Below are positions 23,882-35,857 of a stretch of DNA of 44,943 nucleotides, one piece after another (the first letter of the stretch is position 1; every line of letters begins with the position of its first letter). The stretch covers positions 25,468,243 to 25,513,185 of the forward strand of contig NC_068991.1 in the NCBI RefSeq assembly GCF_001194135.2, in the 5' to 3' direction. The notes beneath the pieces are model-generated. The model did not search any database. It was not told the origin of the DNA and saw only the letters and a program-made list of their open reading frames with translations. The stretch is from Octopus bimaculoides. Lineage: Eukaryota. Both the position numbers and the translations under genes were made by a program.

Positions 23882-24086
23882 ATATCCTTTACCGGTGGAG
23901 ACAATATTGGGTGAGGGACAAACTCGATTAAATCGACCCCAGTGACCAATGGATATTTAGTTTTTCGGTCCCGAAGTGTTCAAAGGTGAAATCAACTGGG
24001 TGGCATTTGGACTCAAAACGTAGAGATAGCCGAAATGCTCTTAGCATTTTGCCCTGCGCGCTAAGGATTCTACCAGCTTGCCGCCT
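23882..24086 (-). mobile_element. tRNA-derived SINE, family 1 (diverged)
   Basis: gattaaatcgaccccagtg...ttagcattttgccctgcgcgctaaggattctaccagcttgccgcct. Confidence 0.85.
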
Positions 24087-25014
24087 CAATACATCAAGTA
24101 TTTTGTGTTGTGTGATACTTTGATATACCTTTATTTGTCTCTAAACGTTCCTATACGTGTCAGTCGTCACTCTGAACTATTTCCCTTAGCTCAGTTTTGC
24201 GTTAGTATGTGCACACACACATAAGCACGCGTGCACTCTCTCTCTCTCTCTCACACGTACACACACGCAAACGCGCACAGACACAAACGCGCGCACGCAT
24301 CTTTAAATGGAGGTATCTGAATCTGAAATACGTATTTTAGGATACCCCCCAGGTACAACTAACTAAATTCAATCCCTCAAAGTTGTAGAAACTGAGAAAT
24401 AATCTTGTTGACAGTCCACAATTATAAATGCTACACACTTCTGAAGAGTATGAGTATTGGTTACTTGATATAAACAGAAATTGTGTTTACATCACTCTAA
24501 AAAGGAACTTTTCCATACGATTGCTTTTACTCTTTTGAAATGGTCCATATTTAACATAGAGACAATATGGCGTAGCTTTAAATATCTTTAATGTTACTTA
24601 TTTTCTAAGCACTTATTTGTTTTATGCCTCTAGGTGGCACTATGCTGCTTTCAACACATTGATGTTTAAAAATCTGTATTAAATATTCATGATCATGTAT
24701 TTTTCACTTTTTCTTTTTATCTCATAAGGGATCTCTGGAGGTAGGTTTTGGTTTAAATTCACAAGTAGATTAGCAAATCCAAAACAATATTTCACTTATT
24801 TCATTAGATTTTTTCCTATTGCTTTTTGTGGCTCTCGTAGTATGAAACAACGATCATTATTGAGAAAAATGGTGAAGTAATATCCTGCAATCATCTGCAT
24901 CTCGCTCGCAGTAACTTACAGAAAAAGGAATTCACGAATTAAGTTTCGAGAAAGATGTATCTTCATAACAGTAGCTATATATATTTCAACAAAAATATAT
25001 GTCCACAAGTATGT

Positions 25015-25074
<60 letters not shown>

Positions 25075-25388
25075 NNNNNNNNNNNNNNNNNNNNNNNNNN
25101 NNNNNNNNNNNNNNNNNNNNNNNNNNNNNNNNNNNNNNNNNNNNNNNNNNNNNNNNNNNNNNNNNNNNNNNNNNNNNNNNNNNNNNNNNNNNNNNNNNNN
25201 NNNNNNNNNNNNNNNNNNNNNNNNNNNNNNNNNNNNNNNNNNATATATATATATATAATCCAAGAAAGTTAGGGGTTGTGAATCCAACTCACTAAGGGAT
25301 AATATCTATCCAATATACTGCCGGAAGGATACCCGATTATTATTACACTAGTGTTTTTACCAAGTGCAATACCCTCAATTTATATAGC

Positions 25389-25626
25389 AATAAGAAATGG
25401 AGGAGAATATGTGGTACTCATCAACTTGCAGACATTGTATTATGTCAATTTACATGTTTATTTGTCGACTAATCGGACAATAAAAGCAATATACAAACAC
25501 ATATGACTCATTTGTGTTTATATATTGTTTTTATTGTCCTATTAGTCGATAAATAAGCAGGTAAATTGATATAATACAATGTCTGCAAGTTGATGAGTAC
25601 CACATATTCCTTTCCATTTTCTTATT
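25389..25626. repeat. 238-bp near-perfect palindrome, about 117-bp arms, 3-nt loop
   Basis: 25389-25505 versus reverse complement of 25509-25626: I count 11 mismatches and 1 indel, with a 39-bp perfect run. Confidence 0.95.
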
Positions 25627-25646
25627 TCTCTTTCTCTCTTTCTCTC

Positions 25647-25706
<60 letters not shown>

Positions 25707-25728
25707 NNNNNNNNNNACATACACACAT

Positions 25729-25777
<49 letters not shown>

Positions 25778-25784
25778 GCGTGCG

Positions 25785-27055
25785 ATGGGTACGTTGTCAC
25801 CATTTTATATTTTTAATTTTGCGAATGCGCATTGTATGTTATTGATTTTCTCGAATCCACAGTACAGTAGCGTCAGTTGGTCACCGTCTGTGAGAATAAA
25901 CAGCTCCATGAGGCAATTCACTGTGTTGGAAATTTGGAAACGATATTGCTGTACTGCTTGGCATTCGCGCCGGAATATCCAATACGAACATTTCAGAGTG
26001 TTTGGGTGTCAATCTGAGGACAGTGCAGAAGATTCAGAAAGAATTGGATCAATCTAATGGTGATTACGAAAGTACGGCAGCTCGTTCTGATAAGAAAAGA
26101 ACCTCAGAATTTGTTGGTGAGATCCAGGCCATGATTGACAACGATCTCTCCAAGTCAATCACGTCAATCGCCAGGGACATGGGAGTGTCTGAGTGCCTTA
26201 TCAGGCAGTTAGTTCATGAAGACATTCGGTATTTCTCATACAAAATGAGAAAGAGCCAATTTTTATCCCAATCCATCAAGGACAAGTGAAAACACCGCGC
26301 TACGAAGCCTTTGAACAAACTCAAGCATCCCTTCCAACTGAACATGCTTTGGTTTTCTCTGACGAGAAACATTTCTGCCAAGATCAGATGGTGAACACAC
26401 ACAACAACCATTGGCTTTCCGTGTCCCAAAAACATGTACCAAGAGGGATAAAGATCAAACACCCTGTCAACATTATGGTGTTTGGAGCGATCACTAATGA
26501 CAGTGACGTTATCCTTCCATTCATTTTCTCACATGGCCTCACACTCAACACGAGGGACTACATCGAGTGCCTGGAAGAGGTAGTGCTACCCTGGCTGAGG
26601 AGGCTTGCTGCTAGAAGACTCTATGTCTGGCGACAGGTGTCTGCACCATGCCACAAGAGCAGGAGAACCCATTCATGGTTGTCAGACAATTTCTGCGACA
26701 ACATCACCCCTAACATCTAGACACCTAACTTCCTAGACAGCAACCCCGCTTGATTATTATGTGTGGGGCGCAGCTGAGCGAGAGACCAAAGAGACTCCTT
26801 GTAACACCAAAGATGAACTGAAGGTAACGATTATGGTAGCATTCACGAACTTAAACAATGAGACCACCCAGAAGATTTGCAGTGGATTGTGATGTCATCT
26901 GGGGGTCGTAGTTGAAGCCAATGTCGATTTTGTTGAATATATTTACACATTAGTATTTCAATATATTTTTATGTAATTTTAGTAAATGTAGCCGTTCAAA
27001 TGAGATGTCAGTGTTATTTTCATTTTTGCGTAATTTTAGACGACAATATATTCGA

Positions 27056-27060
<5 letters not shown>
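25785..27060 (+). mobile_element. Decayed Tc1/mariner transposon of the DD37D (maT) type
   Basis: Internal transposase remnant; termini degenerate, so boundaries are approximate. Confidence 0.82.
25908..26940 (+). pseudogene. DD37D-type transposase pseudogene
   Basis: LGVNLRTVQKI and IARDMGVS HTH segments, VFSDEKHF, MVFGAIT, WRQVSAPCH (second D mutated to V), NP-LDYYVWG with 37 residues between the two sites; several stops and frameshifts. Confidence 0.9.
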
Positions 27061-27106
<46 letters not shown>

Positions 27107-27125
27107 NNNNNNNNNNNNNNNNNNN

Positions 27126-27167
<42 letters not shown>

Positions 27168-27682
27168 TATATATATTTTTTATATATACTTTTTATCGGA
27201 TGAGTGTGAGTTCGTCCTTTAATTGTAATCCTTTCCAAAGGTTTCTAATTTCTTTTTTTCATACTTTACTTTAGAATTTACTTATATAAATTCGTATAGG
27301 TATGAAAACTTGTATAGAAATAATCAGTGTATGATTTACTTATTAAACACAGTTCAATCAAATTCATTCCTATTTATGTAATGGAAGAGATTAGATGTTA
27401 AAATGGATTAGTTTTTATTTTTCATGTTGCTCTACAATTTGTTTCATACAAAAAAACTCAGATATTCATAAATGGAAACTCGTAATAGTCATATTTGTAT
27501 TCGTCGGTAGCTGCTATAAAAACTAGAAAGGACATTAGCAGTACATAGATTTTCTCTTTGTTATCATTTTGGATTAATGTATTCATTCTTGTAGTCTGGT
27601 GTCACTCTGTTGCTTCAACTAGATATTAATAAAAAATATACATATATAAATATTATGACTATTCCTGTTTCATCACCATCCC

Positions 27683-27727
<45 letters not shown>

Positions 27728-28274
27728 GGTGTTAAGTTAGTATAAGAAAACGGAGAAAAATATAGTGGATACTTATTTAATTTAATTTGTACCACGATGA
27801 AAACATATCAAATAATTTAATACGTATAAGATTTAAAGGAAGAGAATCAACATAAGAAATAGGCATTAAAGATGCCTACACATATTTCAATCCGGCCCCT
27901 TGGTGAACATTGCTTCGGATCATCACGATTCGAACCATGCTATATGTAAAAGAACCCCACAGTATGACCTAACGAGAAAATTACATCGTCATTTTTGGAT
28001 TTACAATTTNNNNNNNNNNNNNNNNNNNNNNNNNNNNNNNNNNNNNNNNNNNNNNNNNNNNNNNNNNNNNNNNNNNNNNNNNNNNNNNNNNNNNNNNNNN
28101 NNNNNNNNNNNNNNNNNNNNNNNNNNNNNNNNNNNNNNNNNNNNNNNNNNNNNNNNNNNNNNNNNNNNNNNNNNNNNNNNATATATATATATATAAACAC
28201 TCGCGCAAGTCTGTATTAACAGAGAGAAAGAATGGAGGATAGTAATAATATGCCTCAGTAAACAACATTTTTGT

Positions 28275-28378
28275 GAATCTCGACCGGATGGTAGGAAAAA
28301 TCGATATAGGCGCGATTTGAACTTAGAGCATGTAAGTAGGTTATGTATCCGAAGTTCTAACGACTCCGCCAATCGGAC
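28275..28378 (-). mobile_element. SINE family 1 fragment (very degenerate)
   Basis: gatttgaacttagagc...gttctaacgactccgccaat. Confidence 0.5.
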
Positions 28379-28527
28379 CCGTTATACGTATACACACACA
28401 ATATCCCTATGGTGCAGTCCCTCTACATAAGCTAACTACTACCTGTTCAGATTGAAAATATAAAGAATTTTTCTATACAAGCAATTATAAGATTTCCAAA
28501 ACAGTATAAGAACAATAATTTAATTCA

Positions 28528-28695
28528 GGGATTTCATGAATATATATGAAGTATGAATTTCGTTTACGCAATTGAAGGAATATATATAATGCATAAATTT
28601 CATGTATGCTGTTCATTGAAAGTATATATTGTATGGCATTTCACGTATACAATTCCGTCAATGTATATAATGTGTGTATTTCGTGCATAAGAGAG
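28528..28695. repeat. Degenerate minisatellite of about 40 bp, about 4 units
   Basis: Recurrent atttcRtg...aNtatatataatg motif. Confidence 0.5.
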
Positions 28696-30135
28696 TAAAT
28701 GTTTTCATGTTATGCTGACATCCAATCTTCTGCCTTTCAAGTTCAATATACGTAATGCGCAGAATACTAGTAATTATTCGTGCAGCAAGAGAAGCTACAA
28801 GCACGAACCAAACTACTAATTGAAGTAGGATAATGCAATAGTTGTTAACGATAAGGAAAGTAATAGTGCATGTTTGCTAAATCCTTCCAATTTCAAAATA
28901 TGAGCCCTCAGTTAAAATGTCTGGTGCCACTGTCATTTTGTGTGCGATCCTATAAGTGTATAAATACCGCATGGATTTACAAGAAATTTACCTGTAAAGA
29001 TTTGGTTTTACCGAAATAAAGGATTGACAATGGCAGATTGTTACATATTAGATGAATTACGGATAGTCATCAGTCTTACATTTACCACTCTATGCCCTTC
29101 AATAATTTTAACCATCAATTCAACTATTTTCAACTACTATCGACTTCCTGGATAAATCGGATTCAACAGCTATCTGACATAAGCCTTCTACAGAATCCAG
29201 AGAATAACGTTTCTTATATTAATATAGAATCATGACGACCTTTCACAGTATTTATGAATCTAATCAACAACATTTGCAAAAGAAAACCCAGCCTCTTTCT
29301 CCATAAATAATATTACTAGAATAAACACTATTTTGTTTAAAATTTAAATATTATCTAGAAAAAAAAATGATCAAATAAACCTATACTTGATAGAAGATAG
29401 TGAAAACCAATGATTACCAAAGGGTTTACAGAAGTCTTTTTAATATTTTCTATCTATTAGGAGTGTGTTAACCTACTATATATATATAATCACTGAACAC
29501 CTAATACGTTTCTCCTATTGATACAAATAACAAAAAGCAAGATTTATATGTCAGCAAACATATATTATTGAATATTTTGGAGGAAATTCTTCTAAGCACA
29601 CACTATATTATATTGGCGATATCATGTATTTAAGCGTAATTTTTCCTGGCAAATAAATTTTCATCGAAATACGGTCAATAAGGTTTTGTATTAGTCTGTT
29701 ACTTATGAACTAGAATATCCGCAGGTTGAATTTTTTTATATTTATGTAGTGATGTAATGAATTACATGCAATTGCCTTCGGTTTATTTATGTTTTCTGAA
29801 CGATTACCTTCTGTCCATTATAAGTTAAAGGTTAATGGAAAGGTAGTGTAAAACAGATTTCTTGTGCCAAAAGGTAAATATGGATGTTAGAGACAGTAGA
29901 CTGTAAGAAATGAAAATTACATTGTAGCGCTAAATGTGAATAGTCATGATGAAAATGATTTCTGAAATTACTAAGTGGCACGGAATGATTTTAAAATCAT
30001 AATGAAGGAGACGGAAATATTTAGAGTGAAAAATGAAAAAATGAAAAACAAAACAGGAAAATATCCCGACCCAACTCAATTTTGTCTCTTCTCACAAACT
30101 TTAAAAGAATCTTGTTCTGCCTTTCTGGTATTGAG

Positions 30136-30227
30136 TAACCCGAAGGCCAAGGGAGACTATCCAAATTTCAACTGCGCTAAATTCAACGAGTTTCATTGTG
30201 AACAGATACTACCCCGGAGGATTTAGT
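30136..30227 (+). CDS. Speculative coding exon (TRRPRETIQISTALNSTSFIVNRYYPGGFS)
   Basis: Canonical donor |GTAAGT at 30228, frame open back to a pyrimidine tract; acceptor ambiguous and atypical (GAG at 30135 or AAG at 30145). Confidence 0.2.
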
Positions 30228-30439
30228 GTAAGTTTTGAACATTTTATGAATATTAAAAGAAAATAATTTCTTACCGAATTGAAGAATAATTTTCCAACTC
30301 ACCTGCAAAGAGAAATTGATAAATATATTCATACATTTAAGGAATGGTTTTGCTTTGCATAAACGAAACAAACAAATTCTATTTTATACAGACATAGAAG
30401 TAAAAATGTGTTTTTACCTTAATTTTAACAAGGAAATTT

Positions 30440-30543
30440 AAGTCAAGTGAATCAACCATAGTACTTTAAAAAAAAAAAAATCTACCGGTCTCTTTTGCAG
30501 AACTGAAAGGTTATGGGCATGTAAACAAAGCCGCACCGATTGA
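30440..30543 (-). mobile_element. SINE family 2, 3' fragment
   Basis: ctaccggtctcttttgcagaactgaaaggttatgggcatgtaaac is the reverse complement of the family-2 3' region. Confidence 0.65.
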
Positions 30544-30643
30544 AATATATTTTTGAAATATATTGAAATATATATACATGTATATCTTTGTGTCAACATT
30601 TGCAAATGGAAATCATCGTTCCCATCTCTAGCCTTATGGGATA

Positions 30644-30687
30644 CGCACGGACCCAGGTTTCTGATAGTAACCCGTCATCAGCGTGTG
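30644..30687 (-). ncRNA. Minimal type-I hammerhead-ribozyme-like motif
   Basis: Minus strand: helix I CACACG/CGTGCG (5 of 6), intact CTGATGA, weak helix II cgggttactatca, GAA-ACCTGGGT-C (GUC site). Confidence 0.55.
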
Positions 30688-31699
30688 ACAATCACCGGCT
30701 AGTGATGAGAAGTGATTCCAAACGCAAAATACTATATGCTTTTATACATAATTAGAAGCAGCTTGAGGTATATAATGAAAATCAAACACACATACACAAG
30801 GTGTGTGTGTTGTTAGTTCGTTGGTCGGCTGCGTCTTTTTTTTTTTTTTTTTAGGCGGAAGAGAATATATTCTCAATGCCGCTGGTGTAGAAACACCTGA
30901 AAGTAAGTCATTTGATGTGAGTTGTCTCGCTTGTCTACGACTTACTTTCAGGTGTTTTTACACCTGCACCATTGTGACTATATTCTATTACACCTAAAAC
31001 ACGTAGCTGCCCCATGAACTAACAGCATAAACACATTGTGTATGTGTGTCTGATTTTGCTTAACAGCCAAACACCTGCTGGGGTTTAAAAATCTTATCCC
31101 TACAACCCAAACACAAAACAATTTCTCAAATGTCATCATTTCTAAAAATAAATTTGACATCAATTCTAAAAATAGCCAAACACATACTGCTGCTGTCCAA
31201 AGGAATTGATATAAAAGACAGAAGACCAACCAACCTATTACAGTCTGTCATACCGGCCATGATGAAATACCACAAGGTATAGAAAATACGTATTCGCCTT
31301 TATATATTTAATCTTTTATATTGAACACTCAATATTTCATCTATTCAATAAGACATATTCCATATATTCAATAAGACATTCAATACTTTATTTCATTGTA
31401 CCATCCATTTTTATTTTATATTATATATTGTATATTCCATATTCTATATCCCACATTGGTTTGCAGGAATATAAATAAAACATAAAAAACAGACAGTGTT
31501 GGAACTCTTTTAAACAAAATATTATATTCCTCTATACACAATCATACAAAACCCCTTTTTTTTGTATTTATTTTTACTCGCACACACACACACACACACN
31601 NNNNNNNNNNNNNNNNNNNNNNNNNNNNNNNNNNNNNNNNNNNNNNNNNNNNNNNNNNNNNNNNNNNNNNNNNNNNNNNNNNNNNNNNNNNNNNNNNNN

Positions 31700-31732
<33 letters not shown>

Positions 31733-31755
31733 ATATATATATATATATATATATA

Positions 31756-31910
31756 ACGGACTCATTTCAGCTAAATCCGTCTACTAAATCCACCCAGAAA
31801 GCTTTGGTCGACCCGAATCGACAGTAAAGACAGTTGCCCATGGTTTCACACAGTGGGACTGAACACAGAACAAGTGGTTGGGAAGGGAACTTTTTACTAG
31901 ACACGTACTC
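31756..31910 (-). mobile_element. SINE family 2, 5' half ending in (TA)n and N-gap
   Basis: ccgtctactaaatccacccagaaagctttggtcgacccg...cagtgggactgaac. Confidence 0.75.
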
Positions 31911-32149
31911 TTTGACATCCATGATATCAAATCTTTTAAACAGTATATACGGTAAGAGGATAATGATTCATCTGAATAGCTAAACTGGATCTCGGGGTTA
32001 GTTTTTTTTTCACAACGGGGCATCCAAGAGAGAGCAATATCGACTCCTAGAGGGACAATTGAACAGTTATATGGCGTAGGGCACAGAGTGTGCGTTAACG
32101 AGAGACGATAGAGGTATTATTTATTATTTTCTTTTCTGTGTGTGAATCA

Positions 32150-32200
32150 TCTGATGGCATTTTGTACCATGTGTTAACGATTCTGAGAGCTCGCTGCCTT
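32150..32200 (-). mobile_element. SINE family 1 head fragment
   Basis: ggcattttgtacc..gtgttaacgattctgagagctcgctgcctt. Confidence 0.7.
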
Positions 32201-32228
32201 AGCAAAAATAGTGATAATTATTTCTACT

Positions 32229-32562
32229 GTTGAGACCCCCTTCGGTCATGACTGACCATGGGATTGCACCTAGAAAGTTACCCTCCGAAGCACAAATCCG
32301 GGTAAGGTTGTTTATGGAAGACCAGCAGTCACCCATGCATACCGGTTTCCCCTCTCCACGCCACCAGTGTTATCCAAGGGAAAGGCAAAGACCGTTTAGA
32401 GCTTGGGACCTGTGACGACGCAACTCCTTTCTACAGCTGAGTGAACTGGAGCAACGTGAAATAAAGTGTCTTGCTGAAGAACACAACACGCAGCCCAGTC
32501 CGGGATTCGAACTCACAACCTCGTAAGCTCGACGCCCTAACCACTGAGCCATGCGTCTTCAC
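32229..32562 (-). mobile_element. Full-length tRNA-derived SINE, family 3, with 10-bp TSD
   Basis: Minus-strand head has A box TGGCTCAGTGG and B box GAGTTCGAATCC; TSD tatttctact at 32219-32228 and 32563-32572. Confidence 0.93.
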
Positions 32563-32572
32563 TATTTCTACT

Positions 32573-32778
32573 AAAGACCTGAAATTTTAGGGGCGTGGTG
32601 GGGTATTAGTCAATTATATAGACCCTCATGCTTCACAGGTGCTTATTTTATCGACTCCGAAAGGTTGAACGGTAAAGTTTACCATATCTGCGTTACATGA
32701 ACTCAGATCGTAAAGACGGACGAAATGCGGCTAAATGTTTTGTCTGGCGAGCTAACGATTCTGCCAGCTCGCTACCTT
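32573..32778 (-). mobile_element. SINE family 1 (chain member; tail interrupted by the family-3 copy)
   Basis: Family core and head motifs present. Confidence 0.88.
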
Positions 32779-32983
32779 TCTAATATTGGCACATGGCCTG
32801 AAAATATGGGTGACGGACAATCGATTGCATCGTTTCTATTGCTCAGCTGGCTTTCAATTTTTCGACCCTGAAATGATGAAGCAAAGTCGAACTCCACGGA
32901 ATTTGAATTTAGAACGTAAACTCGGACGAAATGCTGGTAAACATTTTGTCCGGCGTGCTAACGATTCTGCCAGGACGCTGCTT
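32779..32983 (-). mobile_element. SINE family 1 (chain member)
   Basis: Family core and head motifs present. Confidence 0.88.
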
Positions 32984-32994
32984 ATGCAATTGTA

Positions 32995-33202
32995 GTAATA
33001 ATGGTTTTACATTTTGGCACAAAGCCAGCAGTTTTGCGGTGGTGCGGTTAATCGATTACATCGACCCTAGTACTCCACTAGTACTTATTTTATCGACATC
33101 GATATGATGAAAGACAAAGTCGACCTCGGCAGTATTTGAACTCAGAACGTAAAGACGGGCAAAATACTCCTAAGCCTTTTTTTCCGGTGTGTTAATGATT
33201 CT
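32995..33202 (-). mobile_element. SINE family 1 (chain member; head truncated by the next copy)
   Basis: Family core present; stops at gattct. Confidence 0.88.
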
Positions 33203-33442
33203 TATTTCTTTATTCTTTATTGACCACAAGGGGCTAAACATAGAGGGGACAAACAAGGACAGACAAAAGGGATTAAGTCGATTACATCGACCCCAGTGCG
33301 TAACTGGTACTTAATTTATCGACCCCGAAAGGATGAAAGGCAAAGTTGACCTCGGCGGAATTTGAACTCAGAACGTAACGGCAGACGAAATACCGCTAAG
33401 CATTTCGTCCAGCGTGCTAACGTTTCTGCCAGCTCGCCGCCT
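33203..33442 (-). mobile_element. SINE family 1, young-looking variant with a distinct 3' end
   Basis: Cleanest copy; minus-strand head AGGCGGCGAGCTGGCAGAAACG (A-box-like) and GAGTTCAAATTCC (B-box-like); 3' part ccacaaggggctaaacatagaggggacaaac differs from other copies. Confidence 0.93.
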
Positions 33443-35092
33443 CAGCAGTAGTAAAAATTTTCCTTTTCATTCATTAACGCTGAATCAGATGAAGAATGGC
33501 AGTTCCTCTGACGCCTTTTGGAGAGGTTCTTTGACTATTCGGAAAAAGCAAGGAACTTATGCTAAGACATGAGAACTGGACGAAATGCTTCTAAAAGCGT
33601 CAAGCATTTGAAAGGCAGCCATGGACCACCTGGTGGTGTTAAACCTGGTGTTACATTAATTTTAGACTTTGTTGCATAAATAACATAAAGCTTTATTGAG
33701 CAAATAACATAGAACTTTGTGAGAAAGATCTCCTAAGGTGAACTTTTGTACAGAGGCAATAACATGTCCAGTTAATAGCTGATTTTTTTCATTATAAATA
33801 TGAGTAGATATGGATTTACTTAATAAGATGATTTCTTTAACATATCTCAGCAGGGATCCAGCACTCCTAATGTGCTTCATCCATGTCGATTGTCTCTTTT
33901 TCTTAGACGTAAAGTATCTAAGCGTACTTTGAAAGCACTCTGAAATCACATTCTATCAACTTGAACAGAATAAATAGTAAGTTGGGAACATGTCATCCAA
34001 AACTATTAGATTATAATGAGAGAGAGAGAGAGAAAGTGAGAGAGGAATTTTACTACTATTTTCTGCAGATCAAACAACATGTCATCTCTCTCTCTTTCTC
34101 TCTCTCCCTTCCTCCCTCCCTCCCTCCTCCCCCTCTCTCTCTTTCTCTTTCTATCTCTCCCTGTATTATTCTTCGTTGTTTTCTTTTTCACATTTGACAA
34201 ATATGAAAGCTGAGAAAAAAAAAAAGAAGAAATCTCTTTTATGAAATCCAATGGGACGTGAAGAGGTGTTATGAGTTAATGCGTCCCAGCTGCTCCAATG
34301 GTTTATAGTTTTATTCGTTTGCAATGTTGAGTACAAATATCGCAAGACACATCCTATTACACACCTAAAAGTTCTCCCACTCGACTGATTGACGAGGCGT
34401 CATTTACCAGCACACTCAACTCGTTATTATGATTTTCTACTACAATGGTCTCTGCTTTTAAAAATCTAGCAAACTGCATACCAGCGCCAACTAGGCCCGC
34501 CTGACACCTCCTTTTGTCACCCATGCAGTCTCCGTCACCCTGTCTCTCCACCTTTTACTCTTTCTCTGTCTTGAGCCTTGTCCTAGCAACTTATTCTCTC
34601 AATCCTTTCACTCAATCCTTTCACTCAATCCTTTCACAGGAATTTCTCAGTCAAGTTAAATTCTGCAAGCATAGCCTTTTAAATGTTCAAGTGAATAACA
34701 ATCACGTAATTCTCATTAGTCTTCAAGGATCTGAAATGATGTTGAATACAGTGCCTTCTTCCTTCCTGTTTAAGCCGTTAACAAATTATATATAAACTAG
34801 CACAAGTATAAATTGTAGAATGGATCTTCCGGAAGCTATTGATAGATACGACTGATTATCAACATGTAGACAATAATTGATTCTAATTGACATAGACTGA
34901 AAGGTTAATTGCTTGTTTGATTAATTATCTTAATTTGTGAAAGCCTGATCAAATTCGAGAACAGTTGAATTAGTATATATTGTATATTCACCAAAGCTAT
35001 ACACTATAATGATTTTATCACATTTCTTTTCTCTACATGCATGAGAGTGCTTCAGGCATGGTAAAAGGAAATCAATATTTATGTAAAAGTAA

Positions 35093-35302
35093 TACGGTGA
35101 GCTGGCAGGATCGTTAGCACATCGGGCAAAATGCTTAGCGGCATTTCGTCCGTCCTTACGTTCTGAGTTCAAATTACGCCGAGGTCGTCATTGCCTTTTA
35201 TCCTTTCGGGGTCGATGAAATTAGTACCAGTTGAGCTCTGGGGTCGGTGTGAACGACTTAATCCCTTCCCCAGATTGCTGGACTTGTGCTACAGTTTGAA
35301 AC
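35093..35302 (+). mobile_element. SINE family 1 with 20-bp TSD
   Basis: TSD caatatttatgtaaaagtaa at 35073-35092 and 35303-35322. Confidence 0.93.
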
Positions 35303-35322
35303 CAATATTTATGTAAAAGTAA

Positions 35323-35538
35323 GGCCATGAGCTGGTAGAATTGTTAGCATGCCGGGCAATATGCTATGTGGCGTTTCGTCCGTCTTAACGTTTTAGTTCA
35401 AATTCCGCCGAGGTCGAATTTGCTTTTCATCTTTTCCTAGTCAGTAAAGTAAGTAGCAGTTGATCATTGGGGTCAATGTAATCGACTAGCTCCCTCCCCA
35501 CAAATTTCAGGCTTTGTTCCTATAATAGAGAGAATTAT
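35323..35538 (+). mobile_element. SINE family 1 (older copy directly downstream)
   Basis: gagctggtagaattgttagc...agttcaaattccgccgaggtcg...ggggtcaatgtaatcgact. Confidence 0.9.
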
Positions 35539-35857
35539 CTATAAACTACTACAATGTTATCTGCCACACGACGGATACCATTAGTCCTATACTTTGACCA
35601 CCATGGGTCACATCAGGACCTACGTTTTATATACCATAATTATGATTCAACTTTTATGAAATTTCTTGGTGCTTGTACAAAATGATGAAATGATTACTTA
35701 TTGCCAAATCCCAAAATATTTATTTAGAATAATATTTTATAAAAAAAAAGACATGAAAAGTAACTGATAACAAAATTATACACCGTGTTGATTTTATGAT
35801 ATGGAAGAGCACACACACACATTGCGCGCGCGAGCACACGTTCACTCACACCGTCGC

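Noticed and set aside
24436-24490. CTGAAGA...GAAA motif
   Set aside because: Helix II is unconvincing and there is no cleavage triplet.
32500-32562. SINE heads as tRNA genes
   Set aside because: A and B boxes are present, but there is no full cloverleaf and they continue into SINE bodies.
34357-34551. Protein-looking minus-strand ORF (GLVGAGMQFARFLKAE...)
   Set aside because: 64 aa, no pyrimidine-rich acceptor, no recognisable domain.
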